64,000 nucleotides of DNA from sequence record OZ346167.1. The stretch is one strand, 5' to 3'. The position numbers and the translations under genes are program-made. This stretch comes from a phage. The notes beneath the pieces are model-generated. The model was given only the letters and a program-made list of their open reading frames with translations, made no database searches and was not told where the DNA came from. Positions 37,800-46,718 of the stretch are shown piece after piece (position 1 is the stretch's first letter; each line of letters starts with the position of its first letter).

Positions 37800-37962
37800 G
37801 AGTGATAAGTACACTCAAGAAGAATCACGTTATATCATCAAAGGCAACACAGGCAGTGATGTAGCAGCAGCCCTTGAGTTCTATCGTGACGGCTTTTACC
37901 AGTGTACAATCAAAGCTAATAACCTTATTGACATGATTTTATTAGGGAATAAGCAGCAATGA
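37693..37962 (+). CDS. Outer-membrane spanin-like lipoprotein, overlapping the i-spanin-like gene out of frame
   Basis: lipobox LITMSGC after signal peptide; start inside 37452..37799. Confidence 0.5.
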   Translation: MKKLSQSFIMFVLLITMSGCSTNKVNSTFKNFQVSESDKYTQEESRYIIKGNTGSDVAAALEFYRDGFYQCTIKANNLIDMILLGNKQQ

Positions 37963-38228
37963 CAGAGAATCAAGAGACTTTCTATGTAGAAGGTTACTTA
38001 CTGTTACCACGACCAAAAGAAACTTATATGCGAATTGATTTCTCACCAACCATCATGGATAATGTGATGTGCCATATCTTTATGCAAGGTATCACAGCAC
38101 AACTTAAGCATGTTGGCAAAGAGTGCAAAATAAAGGTTGACACTCATCCAGAAATCAAAGAAAATCACTACACATGGTTCTTACCAGACTCTAAAGAAAT
38201 CTTAGCAGTTCTTAAAACGAGGAAATGA
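37959..38228 (+). CDS. Hypothetical protein
   Basis: 89-aa ORF. Confidence 0.45.
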   Translation: MTENQETFYVEGYLLLPRPKETYMRIDFSPTIMDNVMCHIFMQGITAQLKHVGKECKIKVDTHPEIKENHYTWFLPDSKEILAVLKTRK

Positions 38229-38539
38229 TTATGCAATTCCAGCCAACAAATCGTGGATTTTCTTATGCAGAATTTAAAGATGCTAAAGGGGAAATTTGTA
38301 CTTTACAAGAGAGTTCATCATACGAACCATGTATCTGGTTAGGTGCTAAAGAGGTCTCTGTTCAGTACCTAGACAATGGCTGGAAAACACTTGATATCCC
38401 AGCATTAGTGGGCAAAGATTTTGTAGGTAACCAAAGAATGAAGCTCAATCAAGAACAGGTAAAAGAGTTGTTGCCGTACCTCCAATACTTTGCTGAAAAT
38501 GGTGAATTACCAACAGAGGAACTTACAAATGCAGATTAA
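38225..38539 (+). CDS. Hypothetical protein
   Basis: 104-aa ORF. Confidence 0.45.
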   Translation: MIMQFQPTNRGFSYAEFKDAKGEICTLQESSSYEPCIWLGAKEVSVQYLDNGWKTLDIPALVGKDFVGNQRMKLNQEQVKELLPYLQYFAENGELPTEELTNAD

Positions 38540-38855
38540 TGGAAGAGACTTTGTAGCCGTTTACTACGAGAAAGGTAAAGAGGTTGGTGTAGCACAAGTA
38601 ACTTATGGCAACGGTAAGTGGCTATATGGAACAATCGCAGTAGTAGGAACAAGAAGTGACACAAAAACTTTTAAAGATTGTGTTGACCTTCTTGAAGAAT
38701 CCATCCAGAATCATTGGTGTCTGATATGGATGACTGATAACGAAGTGATGGAGCGTTTCAAAAAGATTGATATCAACATTGACAGTATTGAGCATGTTGA
38801 TTTATATGAGCTAACTGAGAAGGTAAACTATGAAAGTAATACTAGCCAGAGATAA
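38529..38855 (+). CDS. Hypothetical protein
   Basis: ATG at 38529 with GAGGA RBS. Confidence 0.45.
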   Translation: MQINGRDFVAVYYEKGKEVGVAQVTYGNGKWLYGTIAVVGTRSDTKTFKDCVDLLEESIQNHWCLIWMTDNEVMERFKKIDINIDSIEHVDLYELTEKVNYESNTSQR

Positions 38856-39057
38856 AAAGACACGAAAACTTATCAGGTCAGCAGTGTTCATTGGACGAAA
38901 TGAGGTCATCCCATTTACAGCAAATGATGTGATAGCTTACAGGAAGAACTTAGTATTCACTGACTGCTTACGTGGCTTCATCTCTGAACCATTGGAAGAC
39001 TTTAAAAGTCGTTGTGGTAAAGGTATCATCATTCAAGAGGCAATTATTCATGGCTGA
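38830..39057 (+). CDS. Hypothetical protein
   Basis: 75-aa ORF. Confidence 0.45.
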   Translation: MKVILARDKKTRKLIRSAVFIGRNEVIPFTANDVIAYRKNLVFTDCLRGFISEPLEDFKSRCGKGIIIQEAIIHG

Positions 39058-39250
39058 CTTCTGTAAAGACTGTTCTATCGAAATGTTCGGACGTGATACA
39101 GGTGACTTAAAAGGTCTTATCACTGAAGAGGACTTTAAAGCTGGCTATGCAATGCCAGTAATCTGTGAAGGATGTGGATGTATCTGGGTAGACCATGAAG
39201 GGCAACGTGTAAAACCTTCAGAAGATAAAGAATCTTGGGAGAGATGTTAA
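39050..39250 (+). CDS. Small zinc-binding protein
   Basis: CKDC...CEGCGC cysteine pairs; internal ATG chosen. Confidence 0.45.
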   Translation: MADFCKDCSIEMFGRDTGDLKGLITEEDFKAGYAMPVICEGCGCIWVDHEGQRVKPSEDKESWERC

Positions 39251-40030
39251 ATGGGTATTGTAAAAGTTGTAAAAGGTAACTTACTGGCTGCCTTCAAAAA
39301 CACAGATATTGAGTTAATTGCTCATGGTTGCAACTGTCGTAACCTCATGGGTGCTGGAATCGCTCAAAAAATTGCTAAGATTTTCCCAAAAGCTGAAGAA
39401 GCTGACCGGAAATTCCATAAAAAGTTTGGCTACAGTGCTCATGATATCGGATACCAGATGGTGGGTGAGGTGTCACATGCTCGAACGGAGTACGGTTACA
39501 TTTTTAACCTGTATACACAGTTGGATGTTGGGAAGTGTGCATCATACCGATACTTAGTGGAGTCACTAGAAAAACTCCGTAAGTTTTGCTGGCTGCACAA
39601 CATTCGTAAGATTGGTTTACCCATGATTGGTGCAGGTATCGGTGGTTTAGATGCACAAGCTGTGAAAAGCCTCATTAATAGTGTTATGTACAACGTTGAT
39701 GTGTACCTATATGTCTATGATGAAGCAATGGCAAGTGTAGTTACCCCTAAGTATGCTACCTCAGCACCACAATTCTATGATGGTGTCGTGCTCAGTGATG
39801 GTAAGTCTAACCATGTTACCCTCTATCAGCTTGTTGATGGTGAAGTTGAGGTTAGTTACCCTCTGGTTAGTGAGATGGGTATGTGCAATAGTGAAATGTT
39901 CCCAGTTGACCCGTTTGGAAGATATGAAGGTGTATTCTTTGATAACTACCCAGCAGCGTACATCTACACAACAAATCAGGATGAAGTTCACTACTTGCTG
40001 TATTCTAAAAAGTTCAAATTCATAAGCTGA
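39251..40030 (+). CDS. Macro domain protein (ADP-ribose binding/processing)
   Basis: macro-domain hallmark AHGCNCRNLMGAGIA and second glycine-rich loop GLPMIGAGIGG. Confidence 0.7.
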   Translation: MGIVKVVKGNLLAAFKNTDIELIAHGCNCRNLMGAGIAQKIAKIFPKAEEADRKFHKKFGYSAHDIGYQMVGEVSHARTEYGYIFNLYTQLDVGKCASYRYLVESLEKLRKFCWLHNIRKIGLPMIGAGIGGLDAQAVKSLINSVMYNVDVYLYVYDEAMASVVTPKYATSAPQFYDGVVLSDGKSNHVTLYQLVDGEVEVSYPLVSEMGMCNSEMFPVDPFGRYEGVFFDNYPAAYIYTTNQDEVHYLLYSKKFKFIS

Positions 40031-40059
40031 TTAGTACTTCATAGTATCTACAAATCATC

Positions 40060-40105
40060 TAAGAAGGCTGCCTAACCCATTGAAAAATTTAAGGTAAGGC
40101 GGCCT
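40060..40105 (+). terminator. Terminator-like hairpin
   Basis: AAGGCTGCC..GGCGGCCTT + TTTTC. Confidence 0.5.
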
Positions 40106-40420
40106 TTTTCATTTTCAATTTGTGCAGGTATCTGTAGGGGTCTGTACAGATATCCCAAAAAATCTCATCGCCGGATAGAAAAATCATTCTCAAAACGTGC
40201 AGACCCCGCTCAGGTCGGGCAAGAAAAATCATTTTAGAATTGTGCAGGTAGGTTTTTATAGAGAGCCAGCCCAGCCCCTCTCCCCCTCTTACTCCCCCTC
40301 TCCCCAAAAGTCAAGAGAAAAATTTGTAGCGGATTGAAAAATAATTCTTGATTTGCGTTCTGTTTTGTGGTAGTCGTGCGCACCCGTTTCATTACAGTTT
40401 TGCCAAAAATATTTTTAAAA
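40105..40420. repeat. Iteron-like direct repeats (AAAAATCATTnnnAnnnTGTGCAGG, about 4 copies) with a C-rich tract CCCCTCTCCCCCTCTTACTCCCCCTCTCCCC
   Basis: repeat copies near 40105, 40185, 40222, 40322; no ORF with RBS. Confidence 0.55.
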
Positions 40421-40426
40421 TTTTTA

Positions 40427-40518
40427 TTGACTCTTTGAACGTGGTTACCTAATATTTACATCAACGGGGAGGGAATGACCTTCCCCACTAAATAAAATCC
40501 TAAACTGGAGATTCAAAA
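40427..40518 (+). promoter_or_regulatory. Early-type promoter (TTGACT-N17-TAATAT) + leader hairpin GGGGAGGGAATGACCTTCCCC + conserved RBS leader
   Basis: type-2 reiterated element, also at 43068, 43934, 45178, 45745, 46339. Confidence 0.6.
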
Positions 40519-40707
40519 ATGGCATCAAGAAAAATTAAAGTTGGCGATGAGGTTAACATCAAGCACGAACACTCTTACAAAATGCTAACTATACGCTCTT
40601 ATAAGGTTTATCAGGTGGAAGCTATCCACAAAGATAACACTTTTTCCTTAAAAGGTTATAGCGAACGTTTCCCTGCTGAACTCTTTGAGAAATGGAGCGC
40701 GAAATAA
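40519..40707 (+). CDS. Early small protein
   Basis: 62-aa ORF behind type-2 element. Confidence 0.55.
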   Translation: MASRKIKVGDEVNIKHEHSYKMLTIRSYKVYQVEAIHKDNTFSLKGYSERFPAELFEKWSAK

Positions 40708-40913
40708 TGCTTTACAGTCGTGAATTGATGGTTACAACTAACGTTAACACAAAGGTAAAACGTTTTTACATGCAAATTTGTGGCGTATGGTCTAGAATAT
40801 CAGAGGCTGACTATTGCAACTATGTAGAAACAGCTATAAACTCTAATTGCTATCTTACAAGAAATACAAGAAAGTACATAAGACAGACAGCAATTTACTA
40901 CTACGATAAATAA
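40707..40913 (+). CDS. Early small protein
   Basis: ATG overlapping upstream stop (TAATG). Confidence 0.5.
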   Translation: MLYSRELMVTTNVNTKVKRFYMQICGVWSRISEADYCNYVETAINSNCYLTRNTRKYIRQTAIYYYDK

Positions 40914-40999
40914 AGTACTTTACAAGGGGCTTATAGTTCGATAAAGTAAGCCCCAGATAAAGAGCTTTACCACTAAATCCTAAACTGGAGAACTTAAAA
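40914..40999 (+). promoter_or_regulatory. Type-1 intergenic element: hairpin GGGGCTTA..TAAGCCCC + conserved leader AGATAAAGAGCTTTACCACTAAATCCTAAACTGGAGA
   Basis: reiterated at 41384, 41762, 42362, 43435, 44226; stem shows compensatory changes. Confidence 0.6.
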
Positions 41000-41380
41000 A
41001 TGGCATACCGCGCACCGAAATTCATCAATAAAGAAAATTTTCGTAATGTATTAGAGAAGGCGCTTGATGAAAAATTTAACGGCAAAATAATTGTTGTTCA
41101 CTCGTTCAATTTCAAGTATGATATCAACGGGAATAAAATCAACCATTACACGGCAACCATGTTAGATGGCAATCTTTCAAGTGAAAAAGCCGTACTGAAT
41201 GCACTTGCTGGACGTGGAAAAAATCTGATAAGATGTGATAAGAGACGTTATCAGGGCGGCGCATATGGTTATGATGATGCTATCTATCATCTTGAAAATA
41301 TGGGCTATCAAGTAGAAAAAGCTGGAGTATCACAAATCATCGGGAGCGATGGTTATGTAACAATCTTCAAAATTAACTGA
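41000..41380 (+). CDS. Early small protein
   Basis: 126-aa ORF behind type-1 element. Confidence 0.55.
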   Translation: MAYRAPKFINKENFRNVLEKALDEKFNGKIIVVHSFNFKYDINGNKINHYTATMLDGNLSSEKAVLNALAGRGKNLIRCDKRRYQGGAYGYDDAIYHLENMGYQVEKAGVSQIIGSDGYVTIFKIN

Positions 41381-41383
41381 TAA

Positions 41384-41469
41384 AGTACTTTACAAGGGGC
41401 TTATAGTTCGATAAAGTAAGCCCCAGATAAAGAGCTTTAACACTAAAATCCTAAATTGGAGATTCTAAA
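41384..41469 (+). promoter_or_regulatory. Type-1 intergenic hairpin/leader element
   Basis: same sequence family as 40914..40999. Confidence 0.6.
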
Positions 41470-41763
41470 ATGGCTATTATCAGAAACGTTGTAATTACTG
41501 CAAAGACTCGTGATGACGCTCGCGCTATGGCTAAAAAGTTATGCGGGAAAGTGGTTGACAACGGAAAACAATCTGCTGTAAGATGGGGCGTAAAGGTTGA
41601 TAAACATTTGAAGTTAAAAAATTCACCGATAAACCTTTTTACATGTGTAAACACTATCGGGAAGACAAATGTATACACGAAAAAGGCATATATTAGACGC
41701 GTAGCATTAACATCCCCCATTCGTACAATGAGAAGTTATGCAAAGCTAAAAATTAACAAATAA
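41470..41763 (+). CDS. Early small basic protein
   Basis: 97-aa ORF. Confidence 0.55.
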   Translation: MAIIRNVVITAKTRDDARAMAKKLCGKVVDNGKQSAVRWGVKVDKHLKLKNSPINLFTCVNTIGKTNVYTKKAYIRRVALTSPIRTMRSYAKLKINK

Positions 41764-41848
41764 AGTACTTTACAAGGGGCTTAAAAGCTGGTATCTTAAG
41801 CCCCAGATAAAGAGCTTTACCACTAAATCCTAAACTGGAGATTCCAAA
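41762..41848 (+). promoter_or_regulatory. Type-1 intergenic hairpin/leader element (loop variant)
   Basis: GGGGCTTAAAAGCTGGTATCTTAAGCCCC. Confidence 0.6.
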
Positions 41849-42361
41849 ATGAAAACTGTAGACGCTACCTTTGAAGTTGTAAAAGAAAAATTCACCATTA
41901 TTTATGAAGCTGTTAATTGCTACGAAGCAAGCCATAATCTTGATAATTGGAAGTTTACAGATGACCATCAAGGCGGCGTGACTATTAAAAACCCTAACTG
42001 TCAGCGTAACGATTTTAAATATGCAATCCCTTTAAATTATAGCCTTAAACAGCTTTCTAGTGACTATGCAAAACAAGGCCGGGAAAACCCATCAAAAGAG
42101 GCTTACACCAGCTTACAGAAAGAACTAGAAAGAGATTTAGAGGCTTCAGAATACAACCTTGCCGCGAAAGTTATCGATGCAAATGGCAACACGGTTTTAG
42201 AGAGTTTTTATCTAGGATATGCCTTTGATTGGTGCTATAGTGACGGCGATGATTTAGATGACAGACTAAAAGAGGAAGTGAACAATTCAGACGCAGAATC
42301 TGAAGTATTAGAACGTCTGGAATCATTAAAAGACTCAGTGATGAATATCTTTAAGAACTAA
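41849..42361 (+). CDS. Early protein
   Basis: 170-aa ORF. Confidence 0.55.
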   Translation: MKTVDATFEVVKEKFTIIYEAVNCYEASHNLDNWKFTDDHQGGVTIKNPNCQRNDFKYAIPLNYSLKQLSSDYAKQGRENPSKEAYTSLQKELERDLEASEYNLAAKVIDANGNTVLESFYLGYAFDWCYSDGDDLDDRLKEEVNNSDAESEVLERLESLKDSVMNIFKN

Positions 42362-42448
42362 GTAGATTTCTTTACACGGGGCTATCAAGCTGATAAGATA
42401 GCCCCAGATAAAGAGCTTTACCACTAAATCCTAAACTGGAGATTCAAA
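42362..42448 (+). promoter_or_regulatory. Type-1 intergenic hairpin/leader element (compensatory stem variant GGGGCTAT..ATAGCCCC)
   Basis: covarying stem with conserved flanks. Confidence 0.6.
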
Positions 42449-42745
42449 ATGAAATTATCAAATAAAGTCCGTGAAAATCTAAGCAAGTTACTCAACAAAA
42501 TTGATTTTATCGAGACATCAAGGAATAGCCACGATGTTATGGAATGGTTACACGGAAAAATTAAAGGCCGTCGTGTAGTGATTTGCTTATGGAATAGTTG
42601 CAGGGAGTATAAAAAACCTGTATTGCAAGTCAATATTTATGATGATACTTTTAAAAGTCCAGTAAAGTCTAAAAGTGATTTATTAGAATCCTATGAGATA
42701 GCTGTAAGTGGCAAAGTATCACGTAAAGAGGAATCACCATGCTAA
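42449..42745 (+). CDS. Early small protein
   Basis: 98-aa ORF. Confidence 0.55.
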   Translation: MKLSNKVRENLSKLLNKIDFIETSRNSHDVMEWLHGKIKGRRVVICLWNSCREYKKPVLQVNIYDDTFKSPVKSKSDLLESYEIAVSGKVSRKEESPC

Positions 42746-43071
42746 TGACTGGCATCACTGCAATTATAGCCATTTTCGCGCTCTATAAGGCATATAAAGC
42801 CTATAATCTAGCAAATAAGGCAATCACACAGCAGGTTAGCAACAGCCTTGTAGAGAGCTTTCTAGAGCGTTTGAGTGATGAACAATTAAAACGGTTAGAA
42901 ATGAGCTTCAGATTTCAATCAAAAACTTATCAAATCAGCGACATTTTCAAAGATGATTTTCAGCTAGTCGATGATTATAATGCTCTGATAAATGCTTTAA
43001 ATATCAGTGACTTAAAAGACTATTACGCTGTAATTGTTCAAGAATTAAGCAAACGAAAACAAAACTGTTGA
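42739..43071 (+). CDS. Early small membrane protein
   Basis: N-terminal TMD ITAIIAIFALY. Confidence 0.5.
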   Translation: MLMTGITAIIAIFALYKAYKAYNLANKAITQQVSNSLVESFLERLSDEQLKRLEMSFRFQSKTYQISDIFKDDFQLVDDYNALINALNISDLKDYYAVIVQELSKRKQNC

Positions 43072-43161
43072 CACTGATTTCTAGATAGATTAAATTACAC
43101 ATCAACGGCGAGGGAATGAACTTCCCCACTAAGTAAAGTCCTTAAACTAGGAGATTCAAAA
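43068..43161 (+). promoter_or_regulatory. Type-2 element: TTGACA-N17-TAAATT promoter + leader hairpin
   Basis: -35 overlaps upstream stop codon. Confidence 0.6.
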
Positions 43162-43434
43162 ATGTATACTACTAACAACGGTCGCACTTTGAACGTAACC
43201 CTGCACCACTATGTGAACGGTGTAATGCACTTCGAGGATTTACAAGCCGAACAACATATCTTAGATTGGCAACTTGCAGGACTCCAAAAAACTGCTACCG
43301 GATACGGGAAAAAGATTCCAACTAGCTGGAAAGTATACTACGAAGGACGTTTGCGCAGAATTTATCAGGATGTATATAGCAATAGCACAACAAGTTACAT
43401 CATGGTAAAAGGTAAAAAATTACACTTAGTATAA
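43162..43434 (+). CDS. Early small protein
   Basis: 90-aa ORF. Confidence 0.55.
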   Translation: MYTTNNGRTLNVTLHHYVNGVMHFEDLQAEQHILDWQLAGLQKTATGYGKKIPTSWKVYYEGRLRRIYQDVYSNSTTSYIMVKGKKLHLV

Positions 43435-43519
43435 AGTACTTTACAAGGGGCTTATAGTTCGATAAAGTAAGCCCCAGATAAAGAGCTTTATCACTCAATC
43501 CTAAATTGGAGATTCTAAA
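43435..43519 (+). promoter_or_regulatory. Type-1 intergenic hairpin/leader element
   Basis: same family. Confidence 0.6.
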
Positions 43520-43924
43520 ATGGCTATTAATAATCGTGAGTTATCAATCTTAAAAGCACGTTTGACCGTTAACCGGATTAATGTTATTACGTCATCAGCG
43601 CCTGATGAAACATTGCACAACATTATCGGAAAGATTCAAAGCGTTATCTTAGACGTTGAAAACGTAAAAAGTTCATTGGCTGACGTTGCAGCAGGTATCA
43701 CGCTAGACGGTGCGCAATATGAAATGGCTGACATGTTAGGCAAATCGAAGGTAATGAATAAAGAGCTTGATTTAAAAATGTTTCGATTTGCCGTGAAAGT
43801 ATGGTTATCTGTCGAGTATGACGCTAATTTTGCAATCGCTGATTTCTTTGCCACTTGGTTACAACGTAATTTGACAAATCATGATTTTCGTGGTGTCTGT
43901 GATGCAATTTATGCAGAACTCTAA
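43520..43924 (+). CDS. Early protein
   Basis: 134-aa ORF. Confidence 0.55.
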   Translation: MAINNRELSILKARLTVNRINVITSSAPDETLHNIIGKIQSVILDVENVKSSLADVAAGITLDGAQYEMADMLGKSKVMNKELDLKMFRFAVKVWLSVEYDANFAIADFFATWLQRNLTNHDFRGVCDAIYAEL

Positions 43925-43933
43925 AAAATTTTG

Positions 43934-44024
43934 TTGACACTGGTTTTTAGATAGATTAAATTACACATCAACGGGAGGGAATGACCTTCCCCACTAAATA
44001 AAATCCTAAACTGGAGATTCTAAA
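43934..44024 (+). promoter_or_regulatory. Type-2 element: TTGACA-N17-TAAATT promoter + leader hairpin
   Basis: near-identical to 43068 element. Confidence 0.6.
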
Positions 44025-44228
44025 ATGGCTATTATTAACGGCTTACACATTGAAACAACTCACATCAAAGATATTAAAGTTGGTGATGTAGTCCTTTCCC
44101 ACGGCGTAGAAAAAACTGTCACTGCAAAGGATATCAAAGAGGATTCTTTCATGGGTAGGACTCTCTTCGGTGATTCTTATTGCTTAGGGTATCTTGCAGT
44201 CTTAAAAGTTGTCAAAAATAACAAATAA
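44025..44228 (+). CDS. Early small protein
   Basis: 67-aa ORF. Confidence 0.5.
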   Translation: MAIINGLHIETTHIKDIKVGDVVLSHGVEKTVTAKDIKEDSFMGRTLFGDSYCLGYLAVLKVVKNNK

Positions 44229-44316
44229 AGTACTTTACAAGGGGCTTATAGTTCGATAAAGTAAGCCCCAGATAAAGAGCTTTACCACTAAATCCTTAAA
44301 CTAGGAGATTCAAAAA
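44226..44316 (+). promoter_or_regulatory. Type-1 intergenic hairpin/leader element
   Basis: same family. Confidence 0.6.
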
Positions 44317-44883
44317 ATGAAATGCTATCACGGCACTACTCTGAAAAACTTTGTAAACCTGCTTAAAGGTGGCAACAAGCCGGAAGGTATCTGGAACTGC
44401 TCTTACATGGATGATTGTTTTTACGTTTACCCGATGGATAAGATTATCAAGACGGAATGTCTGGAAGATGAAGAAGCTTCTTACATCCGTGAACGCTGCA
44501 TTCAAAACGCTTTAGAGTCGGGGCTTATTACGGCAGCTTTCCAAATGGAAACGCAGGAAGTGATTGTAATTGAGATGGATATCCCAGAGGAAGAACTTGA
44601 GGACGATTATTCTTGTGACAACATGAGCGAAATCGCCAGCTTTACCGGTTACTTTGATAAAGATTGGATTATTGGTATTCACTCAACGAAATTTAGTGCA
44701 ATGTATGCGCCATTCTTTGTACCTGATACAACTAACCGCAATTTGGGCTATATTGACGATGATTTGTTGAGTATTGCAAAAATTGTACAGGATAGCGGTG
44801 ATACTTCTTCTGTGTTTTGTGACCTGCTGGATAAAATTACCGAGAATCTCACAGAGCGCAATCTAAGCGACTTTTTAGACTAA
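44317..44883 (+). CDS. Early acidic protein
   Basis: 188-aa ORF. Confidence 0.55.
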   Translation: MKCYHGTTLKNFVNLLKGGNKPEGIWNCSYMDDCFYVYPMDKIIKTECLEDEEASYIRERCIQNALESGLITAAFQMETQEVIVIEMDIPEEELEDDYSCDNMSEIASFTGYFDKDWIIGIHSTKFSAMYAPFFVPDTTNRNLGYIDDDLLSIAKIVQDSGDTSSVFCDLLDKITENLTERNLSDFLD

Positions 44884-44946
44884 GCAGTACAAAGACACTA
44901 ATTTCCAACTTAAGGCCCATACAGGGCCATTTAAAGGGCTTAAATC

Positions 44947-45180
44947 ATGCTTACAACCGTTTACCTCATCCTTTCCATCTGTAATGGTCATTCATGCGAT
45001 TTTAAAGGGCTTGAAGAGTTTACAGGAAGTAAAGAAAATGCTATTCAAGTTTGCCAGATAGCACGGCAAGACTATCCCGCAAGTGATGATATACAATGCT
45101 ACTTTAAGACAGAAGATGAAGACGGCATCTATTTTGACAGCGTTGACGGTCAATATGAAATTATCATTGAAAAAGACTAG
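44947..45180 (+). CDS. Early small protein
   Basis: 77-aa ORF preceded by GGCCC..GGGCC hairpin. Confidence 0.5.
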   Translation: MLTTVYLILSICNGHSCDFKGLEEFTGSKENAIQVCQIARQDYPASDDIQCYFKTEDEDGIYFDSVDGQYEIIIEKD

Positions 45181-45271
45181 ACAAGCCTGATAAAAGTCTG
45201 TAAATTGTCAATCAACGGGGAGGGAATGACCTTCCCCACTAAATAAAGTCCTTAAACTAGGAGATTCTAAA
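45178..45271 (+). promoter_or_regulatory. Type-2 element: TAGACA-N17-TAAATT promoter + leader hairpin
   Basis: same family. Confidence 0.55.
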
Positions 45272-45613
45272 ATGGCTTATGTAACTGTAATTACCGATAA
45301 AGAAGATTCATCTTGGTCAACTCAAGTAAGTGATAAGATGTCACCTATGCAGTGCCTAAAATACTTTGAGCAGTGGAACAAAGGCGAGGATGTCAGCCCC
45401 TTTCAAGTGATGCAGATTATTCATGTAGACAATGAAGGGAAGAAAACGACTCTGAACAGTGAGTACTATGCGAGCCGCTTCGAAACGAGAAGTAAAACAA
45501 TGAAGCTTCTACGTGAATCCGGTTATTCTCATATTGCCGCGCTAATCTGGGATGACCTGCTAAAAAACCAACGTATCAGCTACGTAAAACCTGAAAAAAT
45601 ATTCATCAGTTAA
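45272..45613 (+). CDS. Early protein
   Basis: 113-aa ORF. Confidence 0.55.
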   Translation: MAYVTVITDKEDSSWSTQVSDKMSPMQCLKYFEQWNKGEDVSPFQVMQIIHVDNEGKKTTLNSEYYASRFETRSKTMKLLRESGYSHIAALIWDDLLKNQRISYVKPEKIFIS

Positions 45614-45645
45614 TCAATAACTTACAAAAAACTTTTTAAAAAGTA

Positions 45646-45833
45646 TTGACAATACCCCTTGACATTGGTAAATTTGTTCGAGGGGGTTTATCTAAAAGGG
45701 ATTCACTTAAAAGATTCTTTATAGATAAGCTTAAAAAATTGCTTGCAATCAGCTATCAAAACAAGTAAATTACTAATCAACGGGGAGGCAATAACATCCC
45801 CACTAAATAAAATCCTAAACTGGAGATTCTAAA
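45646..45833 (+). promoter_or_regulatory. Tandem early promoters (TTGACA-N17-TAAATT; TTGCAA-N17-TAAATT) + leader hairpin GGGGAGGCAATAACATCCCC
   Basis: same family; hairpin stem variant. Confidence 0.55.
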
Positions 45834-46364
45834 ATGAACAAATTTCAAGCTATCAACCACATTCGTTCAAATAGTGTCATGTCTAAGCCTGTAAAAGACA
45901 CATACGAATTTCGCTGCAATGGTGTACACTTTGCAACCATCACCAAATCAGAAAACGGGGCTTATTATATCCATCGCCGTAATGTTTCGACCGTTGTAGT
46001 CTCTCACTTTATGCAAGCTGTAGCGGAATTATTGCCGTTATTCTTAGAGATTTATCTAGATGAGTGTAAAAACGTTCACAACCACGTTAAAAACCTTTTA
46101 AACGGTTATAAAATGGCTTATGAACGTTCTATCAAGTCGCTAAACAAGTTCTATAAAGCCCCTGAAAATACTGTATCAATAGCTTATGATGTAAGCGGTG
46201 AAATGGTCAACCTCTCCAATGTAGAACAAATTGGCCTTTATGACTCACGTCCTAGCGGTTACTCTAAGACACTGGGAGAAGGATTATCTTTCAATATCAA
46301 GAACTTAGAAAAAACTTTAAAAGATATTGAAAAAGACATTGACGAGACAATCAAAAATCTGTAA
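45834..46364 (+). CDS. Early protein
   Basis: 176-aa ORF. Confidence 0.55.
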   Translation: MNKFQAINHIRSNSVMSKPVKDTYEFRCNGVHFATITKSENGAYYIHRRNVSTVVVSHFMQAVAELLPLFLEIYLDECKNVHNHVKNLLNGYKMAYERSIKSLNKFYKAPENTVSIAYDVSGEMVNLSNVEQIGLYDSRPSGYSKTLGEGLSFNIKNLEKTLKDIEKDIDETIKNL

Positions 46365-46432
46365 ATTGTCAATCAACGGGGAGGGAATGACCCTCCCCAC
46401 TAAATAAAGTCCTTAAACTAGGAGATTCAAAA
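46339..46432 (+). promoter_or_regulatory. Type-2 element: TTGACG-N17-TAAATT promoter + leader hairpin
   Basis: same family. Confidence 0.55.
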
Positions 46433-46681
46433 ATGGCTACTATCCGCGCAACTGTTAACGAATTTGGCTTCTACTCTCTGGACGTTAAATTTGACCTTGT
46501 AGGTACTGATAACGCCTTTGAAATGGTGAAAGGCCTTATCAGCCAGACCATCAGTGACTACAACCCCTCTGATGAATTCTGGAAAGAAACAAAACAAGAA
46601 GCCCTTAAAGATGGTTACACTTATCACTATTGGGGCGAAAAAATTGTCTCCCTGTACTACGACAAAGAAGGCACTAACTAA
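46433..46681 (+). CDS. Early small protein
   Basis: 82-aa ORF; last gene of cassette. Confidence 0.55.
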   Translation: MATIRATVNEFGFYSLDVKFDLVGTDNAFEMVKGLISQTISDYNPSDEFWKETKQEALKDGYTYHYWGEKIVSLYYDKEGTN

Positions 46682-46718
46682 ACGCCGCAACGGGGCTAAA
46701 TAGCCCAGATACCTTTAC

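Noticed and set aside
40089-40307. Minus-strand ORF encoding a Gly/Arg-rich peptide (MGRGGVRGGEG...)
   Set aside because: It is the translation of the C-rich tract and iteron-like repeats; no RBS; region is better explained as non-coding regulatory DNA.
46427-46690. Minus-strand ORF 46427..46690
   Set aside because: Antisense to the plus-strand early gene 46433..46681, which has the conserved promoter/leader element and an RBS.
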